In this document: piece by piece, positions 9,783 through 19,300 of the stretch | Numbering within the stretch: position 1 is the stretch's first letter | How the letters are laid out: each line of letters starts with the position of its first letter | Assembly (NCBI GenBank): GCA_903873805.1 | Contig: CAIQQB010000106.1 | Span: 102,672-166,671 of the forward strand | Length of the DNA: 64,000 nt | Source of the DNA: an uncultured Opitutia bacterium | GTDB lineage: Bacteria > Verrucomicrobiota > Verrucomicrobiia > Opitutales > Opitutaceae | Direction: 5' to 3' | Made by a program: the position numbers and the translations under genes | The notes under the pieces: generated by a model | What the model was told of the DNA's origin: nothing | What the model saw: the letters and a program-made list of their open reading frames with translations, nothing else | The model's database searches: none

Positions 9783-11228
9783 TTACCCGCTGATCCGGCA
9801 CGGCAGCAGGGCGGCGTCCTGCATGCCGTGGATGATCTTCTTGTCGGGCGGGCAGAACGTGGCGAGGGCGCCGGAGAGCCGGGCCACGCCGTCCTGCACG
9901 AAGTAATACGGGCAGAGACGCAGACGGCCGGCGGCGGGCGCGGCGATGTCGCCGGCCGCAGGGTCGAAGAGGCGGTGCTGGAGCCGGCGGGGTTTTCGGT
10001 ATTCCTGCACGATGTGCGGGCTGGCCGGGGCGTCGCCGACGGCGAGATCGACGGCGGCCCGCCATTCCTCGCGCGAGCAATCGCTGCCGAGCACGACACT
10101 GCGGGCGCCCCAGGCGGTTTCGTGGTAGCCGGAAATTTTCAGGATGAGTTCGCGTTCGCGCTGGGAGGCGGCGGCGAGCTGGCTCCAGCCCGTCAGTGCG
10201 CGGCCGCCGACCTGCGGTCCGGCGAGCACGGCGCCCGGGGGCAGCGGGGCGGGGTCGATCACCCAGGTCGGCGGGATCAGCCGGCTGAGCAGGGCGTGGG
10301 CGTCGCGGCTGAGGGTCTCGGACCAGAAGTCGGGCAGGAGGTGGTGGTGAAAAAGCGCGAACGCGAGCTTCTCCTCCTGGAAGGGCCGCATGGGCGGGGT
10401 GACGACAACTTCGCCGGCCGCCCAAGCGTCGAAAACGAAGGTGGCGGCGGGGATGTTGGCGAGGTCGAACAGCTCGAAGAAGCGGTAGAGGATATCGATC
10501 TTCTCGGGGTTGCCGTCGACATCGAAGCAGAGCGAGCTGCCGAGCGGAAACAGGTCGCCGGGCGCGACGCAGAAGACGCGTTGGCCCTGCAGCTGGAGCT
10601 GCGCGGCGAGCCATTGCATCTCGGGCCGGTAGGTGGCGGCCTCGGTGGAGACGACGAGGGCGATGAGCGGGTTGCGCAGGCCGGGGCGCAGCGCGGCCAG
10701 GGCGGCGTGAAAGTTCCGGATCATCGCGTCCCCGGCGCCGAGGATGGCGCCCCCTGCGATGGCGGAGTCTTGCGTTCCGGGTTCCGGGATCCGGGGGGCC
10801 GCCGTGTAGAGCCGGTTGAGAAACGCGGTGAGGCCGATGCCACCGGGCACCGAGTCGAGCTCGGTCATGACGAAGCCGTCGTCGGTGAGCAGCAGGTCGG
10901 GCCGGAGCACGGTGGGGAAGGCTCCGCGGTTGCGGCCGTCACGGGCGTGGGCGAGCAGGGCGGCGGGTTTTCCGCGGTCGAGGTAGTCCGCCACCCAAGG
11001 CGTGACGAGCGGCTTGTTGCGGAGGAGATTGCGGCCCGCGACCGAACGGAGGTAGAGCGTCTCCAGCGCCTGGTGGAACTCCAGGCAGGCGGCGCCAATC
11101 GCCCCGAGTTCCGCGACCTGGCTGGGGGTGAGCGGCCAGGCGTCGGGCGAGAGCCGCCAGGTTTTGGCCTCGAAGAGCGGCTGGCCCGCCAGGGCGGTGC
11201 GGATTGTTTCGTAGGCGAGGTCGGGCAT
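9783..11228 (-). CDS. hypothetical protein, possibly an ATP-grasp-like (circularly permuted) fold
   Basis: 482 aa from the ATG at 11228 (MPDLAYETIRT…). The ORF-track N-terminal extension 'MVIGHWSL' is a translation of the upstream heptamer repeats. Motifs such as 'TELDSVPGGIG' and 'RLCPYYFVQDG' are suggestive, but I cannot confirm a family. Confidence 0.45.
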   Translation of the reverse strand: MPDLAYETIRTALAGQPLFEAKTWRLSPDAWPLTPSQVAELGAIGAACLEFHQALETLYLRSVAGRNLLRNKPLVTPWVADYLDRGKPAALLAHARDGRNRGAFPTVLRPDLLLTDDGFVMTELDSVPGGIGLTAFLNRLYTAAPRIPEPGTQDSAIAGGAILGAGDAMIRNFHAALAALRPGLRNPLIALVVSTEAATYRPEMQWLAAQLQLQGQRVFCVAPGDLFPLGSSLCFDVDGNPEKIDILYRFFELFDLANIPAATFVFDAWAAGEVVVTPPMRPFQEEKLAFALFHHHLLPDFWSETLSRDAHALLSRLIPPTWVIDPAPLPPGAVLAGPQVGGRALTGWSQLAAASQRERELILKISGYHETAWGARSVVLGSDCSREEWRAAVDLAVGDAPASPHIVQEYRKPRRLQHRLFDPAAGDIAAPAAGRLRLCPYYFVQDGVARLSGALATFCPPDKKIIHGMQDAALLPCRISG

Positions 11229-11237
11229 GGCGGCAGT

Positions 11238-11270
11238 CAATGACCAATGACCAATGACCAAAGACCAATG
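11238..11270. repeat. tandem heptamer array (CAATGAC x4.7; CATTGGT on the minus strand) ending 10 nt upstream of the start codon of the 9783..11228 gene
   Basis: The sequence reads 'caatgaccaatgaccaatgaccaaagaccaatg'. An inverted copy 'tcgtcattgg' lies at about 11365. Confidence 0.7.
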
Positions 11271-11390
11271 TTATGTGTCTTCTGAACAGTGCCCAATGGC
11301 AAATGGCAGATAGACAAGATAAGTGCTGAGCGCATGGGGATCACAGAGGATTCTTCATTCGTCATTGGACATTCCGGCGCGCGGCGCCGG

Positions 11391-12534
11391 CTATTCCTCC
11401 ATCTGGATGTCCTTGTTGCGGTGCCGGGGGCAGCCGGCGCGGAGCCAGGCGTTGATGAAGCGGTCGAGGTCGCCGTCGAGCACGCCCTGCGTGTCACTGG
11501 TGCTGATGCCGGTGCGGAGGTCCTTCACCATCTGGTAGGGCTGGAGAACGTAGCTGCGGATCTGGGCGCCCCAGCCGATCTCACCCTTCTCGCCGTAGAA
11601 CTTCTCCATCTCGCTGCGCTGTTCGTCCTGCTTCTTCTCGTAGAGGCGGGCCTTGAGGATGCCGAGGGCGGAGGCCTTGTTCTTGATCTGCGAGCGCTCG
11701 TTCTGGCAGACGACGACGAGGCCGCTCGGAATATGCGTGATGCGCACGGCGGAGTCGGTGGTGTTGACGCCCTGGCCGCCCTTGCCGGAGGAACGGTAGA
11801 CGTCGATCCGCAGCTCGGACTCGGGGATCTCGAGCTTGATCTCATCGGTGATCTCGGCGACGACGTCGACGGCGCAGAACGAAGTGTGCCGGCGGGCGTT
11901 GGAGTCGAACGGGCTGATGCGCACGAGGCGGTGCACGCCGCGCTCGGCCTTGACGTAGCCGTAGGCGTTCTCGCCCTTGATGAGGAGGGTGGCCTTGCTG
12001 ATGCCGGCGGTGTCGCCGGCCTGGACGTCCTGCACCTCGACGGTGAAGCCGCGGCGCTCGGCCCAGCGGGTGTACATGCGGAACAGCATGTCGGCCCAGT
12101 CATTGGATTCGGTGCCGCCGGCGCCGGCCTGGATCGAAAAGATGGCGTTGTTCCGGTCGAACTGGCCGGTGAGGAACGAGGCGATTTCCAGCTCGTCGAG
12201 CTCGGTCACCAGGGCGGCGACGGTGGTGGTGAGTTCGCGGGCGTAGGTCTCGCGTTCGGCGGGCGACGCGGCCTCGACGAGCTCGACCATCACGGCGACG
12301 TCCTCCGTCTTGCGTCGGAAGGCGACGACCGGGAGCACGGCCTTCTTCAGGCCGTTGAGCTTGGCGATGTGCTTTTGGGCGCGCTCGGGGTTGTCCCAGA
12401 ATGCCGGAGCGCCCATTTCGGCCTCGAGGGCCTCGATTTCCCGCTGCTTTTGATCGCAGTCAAAGAAACCTCCACAGGTGGCCGGCGCGCTTCTGGATGC
12501 TTTCGATGTGGGCGGAGGTTTCGGGTGCGATCAT
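11391..12534 (-). CDS. prfB: peptide chain release factor 2 with a programmed +1 ribosomal frameshift
   Basis: Frame 0 runs from the ATG at 12534 as [24 protein letters not shown] and then hits an in-frame TGA at 12462-12460 inside 'GGAGG TTT CTT TGA C'. The +1 frame continues '[31 protein letters not shown]…' through the RF2 body, including SPF and the GGQ motif ('[19 protein letters not shown]'), to the stop at 11391. The ORF track lists only the downstream frame (11391..12416). Confidence 0.92.
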
Positions 12535-12593
12535 GGTGCGGGGCCTAGATAGGCCGTGGGGAACGGGTCGGGCGCAAGCGGAAAATCCGGCGC

Positions 12594-13577
12594 TCAGGCG
12601 TCAGTCGCCTCCGCCCGCTGCGCCTTGCGCTCCCAATACCAGGCGATCCAGATGCAGGCCTCGTAGAGCAGACAGAGCGGGACGGCCATGGCCACCTGCG
12701 TGATGACCTCGGGCGTGGTCAGCACCGCGCCCAGGACGAAGGAAACGACGATGACGTGGCGCCGGTAATGGCTGAGCTGGCGGTGGTCGAGGATCCCGAA
12801 TTTCACGAGACCGAGCACGACGAGCGGAAACTGGAAGCCGAGCCCCATCCCGATCATGAATTTGCAGGCGAAACTGATGTACTCGTCGGCCCGCCATTCG
12901 TCGGCGGCGAAGCCCAGCAGATGGGAGTACTCCATCGACGCGCGCAGCGCGAGCGGGAGGAGCAGGAAATAGGTCATCGCCACCCCGGTCATGAACAGCA
13001 GCACGCCCCAGCGCAGCCAGGTGAAGATCAGGCGTTTCTCTCGCACATGGAACGCCGGCAGGACAAACCCGCCAATGAAGTAAAAGCAGAACGGCGCGGC
13101 CAGGACCAGGCTGGCATAGAGGGCGATGGTGAACGCGACCATGAAGCCTTCGGCGGGACCGAAGTTGCGCAGCTTCACCGGCAGCGGTGGCGGCTCGCCA
13201 TTGGGCGGTTCGAGCTGGAGGGTCAGCACCTGGGCGCCACCCACGGTAGCCGTTCCGACCCGGAACATCGCGTGCGGGGCCGTCCCCTCCGGCAGGGCGG
13301 AGAACTGCTCGCGGGTCACCGGATACGGCCCGAACTTGGTCTCACCCAGCGCGAACGACACCGAGGGCTGGGGCTTGTCGAACGCATAGATCCGCTGGAG
13401 CGGCCATTCGAGGATGGCCACGATCTTGTCGCAGAAACACAGGCAGAGGACGAGCGCCAAACCCACGGCCATGGCGGACCGCAGCAGGGCCTGCCGCATG
13501 TCGTCCAGATGCTGCCAGAAGGATTTGCGCGGACCGCCTTCTCCCGGGTCAGGGGTCGTGTCAGTCGGATCGCTCAT
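12594..13577 (-). CDS. tatC: twin-arginine translocase subunit TatC, with an enlarged first periplasmic loop
   Basis: 327 aa. The N-terminus 'SFWQHLDDMRQALLRS' matches the TatC signature, and there are 6 TM helices. The first loop is roughly 85 aa against about 45 aa in typical TatC. Confidence 0.75.
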   Translation of the reverse strand: MSDPTDTTPDPGEGGPRKSFWQHLDDMRQALLRSAMAVGLALVLCLCFCDKIVAILEWPLQRIYAFDKPQPSVSFALGETKFGPYPVTREQFSALPEGTAPHAMFRVGTATVGGAQVLTLQLEPPNGEPPPLPVKLRNFGPAEGFMVAFTIALYASLVLAAPFCFYFIGGFVLPAFHVREKRLIFTWLRWGVLLFMTGVAMTYFLLLPLALRASMEYSHLLGFAADEWRADEYISFACKFMIGMGLGFQFPLVVLGLVKFGILDHRQLSHYRRHVIVVSFVLGAVLTTPEVITQVAMAVPLCLLYEACIWIAWYWERKAQRAEATDA

Positions 13578-13669
13578 GGCGCGGCGGAGGGCGGGACATC
13601 AGGGCTGGAGCGGATATTTTTTGCGGGGCCGCCGCCAGGGCGCAAGCTGCAATCACACGAAGCCCGGCC

Positions 13670-14605
13670 TCAGGTGCGGAGGGTGCCGGCCGCGGTTTCG
13701 GCGAGGAAGCTGGCGTAGGTGCGGGCGAGGCCGTCGCGGAGGCCGGTCTGCGCGCGCCAGCCGAGGGCGGCCAGGCGGGAGACATCCATCAGCTTGCGCG
13801 GGGTGCCATCAGGTTTGGTCGGGTCCCACACGATCCGGCCGGTGAAACCGGTGGCGGCGGCGACGGACTCGGTGAGCTCGCGAATCGTGACATCGGTGCC
13901 GGTCCCGACATTTATCCAATCGGGGGGCGCGGGCAGCTGGAGGAGGAAGGCGCAGGCGTCGGCGAGGTCGTCGACATGGAGGAACTCACGCCGGGGCGCC
14001 CCGGTGCCCCAGGCGGAGACCTCGGGGAGCCCCGCCAGCTTCGCCGCATGGAACCGGCGGATGAGGGCCGGCAGGACGTGGGAGTTCTGCGGATGGTAGT
14101 TGTCCCCGGGGCCATAGAGGTTGGTCGGCATGGCCGAGTGGAAAAGCACGCCGTATTGCTGGCGGTAATACTGGCAGAGCTTGAGGCCGGCGATCTTGGC
14201 GATGGCGTAGGCCTCGTTGGTCGGCTCCAGCGGGCTGGTCAGCAGGCAGTCTTCGCCCATCGGCTGCGGGGCGTGCTTGGGGTAGATGCACGAGCTGCCG
14301 AGAAAGAGGAGCCGGGACACGCCGTGGCGCCAGGCGGCGTGGATCGTGTTCGCCGCGACGATCATGTTGGAGTAGATGAACTCCGCCGGGTAGGTGTGGT
14401 TGGCGTGGATCCCGCCGACGCGGGCGGCCGCGATGATCGCGACCGCGGGCTTTTCCGCGGCGAAAAACGCGTCCACCGCTCCCTGGTTTTCCAGGTCGAG
14501 CCGGGCGCGTTCGCGGGTCACGAGCGTGACCCCGGGTTCGCGGGTGAAGCGGCGCACCAGCGCGGAGCCGACCATGCCCTGGTGTCCGGCGATGAAGAGT
14601 TTCAT
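13670..14605 (-). CDS. fcl: GDP-L-fucose synthase (GDP-4-keto-6-deoxy-D-mannose 3,5-epimerase/4-reductase)
   Basis: 311 aa with the Rossmann motif '[12 protein letters not shown]' and the catalytic '[15 protein letters not shown]'. The overall pattern is Fcl-like. Confidence 0.9.
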   Translation of the reverse strand: MKLFIAGHQGMVGSALVRRFTREPGVTLVTRERARLDLENQGAVDAFFAAEKPAVAIIAAARVGGIHANHTYPAEFIYSNMIVAANTIHAAWRHGVSRLLFLGSSCIYPKHAPQPMGEDCLLTSPLEPTNEAYAIAKIAGLKLCQYYRQQYGVLFHSAMPTNLYGPGDNYHPQNSHVLPALIRRFHAAKLAGLPEVSAWGTGAPRREFLHVDDLADACAFLLQLPAPPDWINVGTGTDVTIRELTESVAAATGFTGRIVWDPTKPDGTPRKLMDVSRLAALGWRAQTGLRDGLARTYASFLAETAAGTLRT

Positions 14606-14625
14606 AGGGAAAAAGGTGTTAGGTT

Positions 14626-14982
14626 TTAGGACTTAGGTGTTAGGCTTTGGCGCAGGGCCTCCAGTTTGGCCCCCAAGACTTTGGTCTCGTCAACGAGGCC
14701 TTGGGTGGCAGCGGAATCCGCGAACTTCAAATCAGACAGCAAGTACAACTGCGTCCTGACCTCGGCGGCCGAACCTTTGGCGATACCGATGAAATGCCGG
14801 AACTCGGCGCTGGAGTTACGCTCGGCTCCTTCGGCGATGTTTGACGCGACCGACACGGCCGCCCGCCGTAACTGGTCACGCAAGGCCCAGTCCTGCAACC
14901 CGGAAGTCAGACGATAGACTGCCACGGCCAGCGCACGGGCGCGTTGCCAGACCTCAAGTTGTTCGAAAGATTGGTAAGCCAC
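14626..14982 (-). CDS. four-helix-bundle protein (23S rRNA intervening-sequence protein family, TIGR02436-like)
   Basis: 118 aa; '[23 protein letters not shown]…[30 protein letters not shown]' is characteristic. It uses a GTG start at 14982 and lies between gmd and fcl. Confidence 0.75.
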   Translation of the reverse strand: MAYQSFEQLEVWQRARALAVAVYRLTSGLQDWALRDQLRRAAVSVASNIAEGAERNSSAEFRHFIGIAKGSAAEVRTQLYLLSDLKFADSAATQGLVDETKVLGAKLEALRQSLTPKS

Positions 14983-15036
14983 TTTGTCTTAAAACCTAAA
15001 TCATCTCACCTGAAACGCGTGGCGCGCCGCGCCGCC

Positions 15037-16053
15037 TTACGGTTGCGGCAGCGCCGCGACCTGGGCTTCGCGCTTGGCCAGCTCGAGGTCGGCCTCGACC
15101 ATGATTTTGACGAGGTCCTTGAAGCGGACCTTGGGTTCCCAGCCGAGCTGTTTCCGGGCCTTGGCGGGGTCGCCGATGAGGAGCTCGACTTCGGCGGGCC
15201 GCTCGTACCGGGCGTCGTACTTGACGTATTTTTCCCAGTCGAGCCCGAGGAGGCCGAACGTCTCCTGGCAGAATTCGCGCACGCTGTGGGTCTCGTTGGT
15301 CGCGACCACATAGTCGTCGGGCTGGTCCTGCTGGAGCATGAGCCACATCATCTCGACGTACTCCTTGGCGTAGCCCCAGTCGCGCTTGGCGTCGATGTTA
15401 CCGAGGACGAGCTTGTCCTGGAGGCCGAGCTTGATGCGGGTGGCGGCGCGGGTGACCTTGCGGGTGACGAAGGTCTCGCCGCGGCGCGGGGACTCGTGGT
15501 TGAAGAGGATGCCGTTGCTCGCGTGGAGGCCGTAGCTTTCGCGGTAGTTCACCGTCAGCCAGTAGGCGTAGACCTTGGCGCAGCCGTAGGGCGAGCGGGG
15601 CCAGAACGGGGTGGTCTCGGTCTGCGGGATCTGCTGGACCTTGCCGAACATTTCAGAGGACGAGGCCTGGTAGAAGCGCACCTTCTTCACCACGCCGGCC
15701 TCGCGGATGGCCTCGAGGATGCGCTGGGCGCCGAGACCGTCGACGTCGCCGGTATATTCCGGGATGTCAAACGAGACGCGGACATGCGACTGCGCGCCGA
15801 GGTTGTACACCTCATCGGGTTGCAGCTCATAGAGCAGCTTCACCATCTGCACAGAATCGGCGAGATCGCCGTAATGGAGGAACAGTTTCACCCCATTCAG
15901 CTTGGGGTCGGCAAACAGGTGGTCGATGCGGCTGGTGTTGAAGGTTGAGGCGCGACGGATGACGCCATGGACTTCGTAACCTTTTTCCAGCAGGAGTTCG
16001 GCAAGATAGGAACCGTCCTGGCCGGTGATGCCGGTGATGAGGGCTTTTTTCAT
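15037..16053 (-). CDS. gmd: GDP-mannose 4,6-dehydratase
   Basis: 338 aa. '[46 protein letters not shown]' is near-invariant Gmd sequence. Confidence 0.95.
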   Translation of the reverse strand: MKKALITGITGQDGSYLAELLLEKGYEVHGVIRRASTFNTSRIDHLFADPKLNGVKLFLHYGDLADSVQMVKLLYELQPDEVYNLGAQSHVRVSFDIPEYTGDVDGLGAQRILEAIREAGVVKKVRFYQASSSEMFGKVQQIPQTETTPFWPRSPYGCAKVYAYWLTVNYRESYGLHASNGILFNHESPRRGETFVTRKVTRAATRIKLGLQDKLVLGNIDAKRDWGYAKEYVEMMWLMLQQDQPDDYVVATNETHSVREFCQETFGLLGLDWEKYVKYDARYERPAEVELLIGDPAKARKQLGWEPKVRFKDLVKIMVEADLELAKREAQVAALPQP

Positions 16054-16150
16054 GTGGGCGGGAAACTACGCGGAGCATGGCGGACGAAGCAAGCCGTTCG
16101 CGCACGGGGGGGCGTCCGGGAGTTGGCCCTCGCCACGCGGATCGAAAAAT

Positions 16151-16246
16151 GTGGGCGGGGTGCCCTCACCCCGCTTCCGTGGCCGAAATCGCGCCGGGGA
16201 CGTCGCGCTCCACCTCAAACCAGCGGGGTGAGGGCACCCCGCCCAC
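16151..16246. mobile_element. REPIN: two REP hairpin units in inverted orientation (a perfect 24-nt inverted repeat gtgggcggggtgccctcaccccgc / gcggggtgagggcaccccgcccac) flanking a 48-nt spacer
   Basis: Read directly from the gmd-blaR1 intergenic region. Each unit is an 8-bp GC stem (GCGGGGTG/CACCCCGC) with a 4-5 nt loop. All frames give the REP-derived peptides 'GEGTPP' and 'AGCPHPA' in the ORF track. Confidence 0.8.
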
Positions 16247-16346
16247 ACCTCAAGCAACGCGCCGGAGATCGCGTTCCACCTCGGGACAGGCCCGGCTTTT
16301 GGTGATGCAAAGACTGAGCTGCACGCGCCCGCTCACGCAGCGGGTA

Positions 16347-19300
16347 TTACCGGCCGCTGCCGCCCACGATGCGGGCGGTGATCAGCATGAGCATCCGGCG
16401 CTCGGGTAAGGAGCGGTTCGTGATCTGCACGTGCTGATCTCGAATCGGAGCAAAATTCTCCTTCACCGGCACCATGGCGAAAACCGCCGTGCCGCCGTCG
16501 GGGACGGGATACCCTTGCGGGGGTACCTGCGGTTCATCCGGCTTCGGGGGATTGGTAGCAGGGTCGCCCTCGGTCGAGGCGGCAAACTTCGGCCCCCATG
16601 CATCGCCGAACTCGAAAACCGGCCGGCCGCCCGTGGGCCAGGCCGGGTTGCCGGCCTCCGCGCCAATGGAACGGTCCCCGTCGCCCACCTTGGCCCCGTT
16701 GGCGAGGACCGTCATGTAGGCGTTCATATCCTTGAGCCGGATGGTATGCCCGTCGTCATCCACCGCGACTGTGATCATGAGTTCGGCGCCGAGGGCGCGG
16801 ACGGTGAAATCTTGCGGCGTGCCGGCAGGAGGAGCGGGCGCGGCGCCTGGAGCGGCGGGGCTGGGCGTCTCACCGTAAGACTGGGGATAGATGAGTTCCG
16901 AACCCGCACTCGCCATGGCCCGATTGCTGGGGAGAACGATCATGTCCGGCACGGCCAGCAGCGTGGACCGGCCGGGCGGCTGGGTAAGCGCGCGGAGCAG
17001 GGCCGGAATGTCGAAGCGGCCCGTCAGCGGCGGCGGGGTGTTCGATCCGCCGTCCACCGATTCGGAACCCACCGGGATGGTCAGGGTGCCGGGCCGGGAC
17101 CCGTCGAGCAGATAGCGGCCCAGGTCCAGCGCCGCGAAATCCTCCGCGCTCATCTCCACCATCCTCGCCTCAATCGCCACGTTGGTACGCGAGGACAGCT
17201 GGACCGCGATCGCCCGGATCTTTTCGAGATTGGCGGCTGTCTGCGTCACGCGGATGCCCGTGCCGGTGAAGGTGAGACTGGCGCCCGGGACACTGGCAAA
17301 GTCCACGCCCTGCCTCTTGAACCACTCCAGCTCGGCCCGGGGCTTCGCTGCGGGAGGGTCGTCGTCAAACGGATCACCCGGATTATTCTCTTTAAACTTC
17401 AGCAGTGTTTCCATGGCCTCGCGCGGCAACGCAAACGTGGCGCGGCTCAGGCCGGACGGGATGGCGGCGGGCGCGGGCGGATCGGCTTCCACTGGCGTGA
17501 CGGCGGTAGCTGCCCGACCAGGCGTCACCACCCGCACGGTTGTGAAGGTGACGACACCACGGGTGGGCCACGGCGGGTTCGCTTCGAGCGAGAGGAAATG
17601 GGGCGCGGTTCCGCCGGCCGGGCCGGCCACAGGTGACGCGACCATCTGATCCCGGCCCGAGGCGCTTGTGATGAGCGTGGCCCCGTCCCAGAGCGCCAGC
17701 TTGCCGGAAGTCTCACGGGTGGCAAATAACGGCTTGATGACGCTGCCGGTGGCCGTGCTGCCGACGGGAAATGGGCCGATGGGGCTGGCTCCGGACAGGG
17801 TCGGAAATTCCAGCCAGCCCGTCAGGGTGGTATGGCGCGAAATATACGGCAGCAGGATGGTGTGGTTGTCCTCTTCGAGCACCGCTATCGCACGCAACTC
17901 ATTTCCGATGACTCGGGTGGTGTAGGCCCATTCCGTGCGCCGGCCGGACTGGCCGAGGATATCGGCCAAGTCGTTTCCGCGATAATTCTGATCTTCGCCG
18001 GCATCCATCGTCGCGCCCATGCCGGAGGATACGGTCGCAGACCGATGGCCGAGCACCCGGCCGCCCGATTTTTGCTCGAGGGCGCGCACCATCCCGGCCA
18101 CGTCGAATTCCCCGAGGATCAGATCCCCGGTGGAAAACCGTTCGCCGGGCGCCAGCGGGGAGCCGGACGGCTTGGTGCGGAACTTCTCCGGATCGATGGC
18201 GCGCAGGTCCTCCGGCGATGCGTCCACCATCTGGATGTCAAAGGCGAGCCGGCCGGTTTCGCCGCCGTAGTTGGCGGAGTTGCCGCCCGACGTCCACAGT
18301 TCGGTCCGCGGCGGATCGCCACAGTAAGCCAGCATCTTGGCGAGCGCGTCCAAGTTATAGGCGGTCTGTCGCACGACCAGCGTGTCGCCCTTGAGCACGA
18401 AGCTGGAACCGGGCACGCCCGCGAAGCCGACGCCCCAGTGTGCAACCCTTTCGATCAACACGGGCAGCACGTCGGCCTCGCTCACATTGGGGCCGATGAT
18501 GCGGAACAGCTTGGCACGGCTGAGCGGGAAGGCCCGCTCCTCAAGTCTGTCGGCGGTGGACGGTAATCCCCGCGACGCGGGAGAAGCACCGCTCACGCCG
18601 GTCGGTGCGGCCGCCGGCACGCCTTTCTTAACCTCGCGCCCGCCAAAATCCGTCACATAGACGGTGCCCGCTCCGTCCACGGCAATGCCGTAAGGACTCG
18701 AAAACTGGGCCGCGCTTCCCGTCCCGTCCACGCTGATCAATTCGCCACGACTGCCACCCAGGGTCGTTACGACTCCGGCCGATGTGATCTTCCTGACGGC
18801 ACCATTGCCCATGTCGGCGACATAGACGTTGCCCGCTTTGTCCACCGCGACGCCGACGGGGAAAACCGTGTCAACCCCGCCCGTGCCCAGCTGGGGCCGG
18901 CCAAACCGGGCGGCACTCCCGATGCCGTCGACCTTTCCGGGCTCGCCTGCCTTGCCCGCCATCGTCGTGACCAATCCCGCCGGCGTGACTTTCCGAATCG
19001 TGTAGTTATGAGAATCCGCCACGTAGATATTCCCGGCTTCGTCCACCGCGACCCCCATCGGCCGGTTGAATCGGGCGGCGCTCCCGAGACCGTCCGCGCT
19101 GCCGGCCTTTCCCGCCAAGCCGGCGAGCGTCGTGACCACTCCGGTCGGAGTGATTTTTCTGACCGTGTTGTCCAACGCATCGGCGATGTAGACGTTGCCC
19201 GCTTGGTCCACCGCGATTCCTTGGGGATAATCAAACTGGGCCGCGCTCCCAACCCCGTCAATTGAGACGCCGCTCTCGATGGCGGCCTCGTTGCCGGCCA

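Noticed and set aside
11238-11270. Heptamer arrays, the AT-rich mini-repeats and the REPs considered as CRISPR arrays
   Set aside because: The repeat units are 7-24 nt and directly adjacent with no spacers. They lack the ~28-37-nt repeat / ~30-40-nt unique-spacer periodicity, and no cas genes are present.
11391-12416. ORF-track version of prfB starting with M at 12416
   Set aside because: It is the internal Met 'MGAPAFW' of the +1 frame. The true start is the frame-0 ATG at 12534, followed by the programmed frameshift at 12460-12462.
9828-12548. Plus-strand ORFs 9828..11243 and 11289..12548
   Set aside because: They are antisense to the ATP-grasp-like gene and to prfB respectively. Their low-complexity G/E/A/R composition gives no protein-like pattern.
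16025-16409. Short ORFs encoding 'GEGTPP', 'AGCPHPA' and 'GGVPSPR' peptides (also 21261..21544, 22971..23045 region)
   Set aside because: They are translations of REP hairpins in different frames, not genes.
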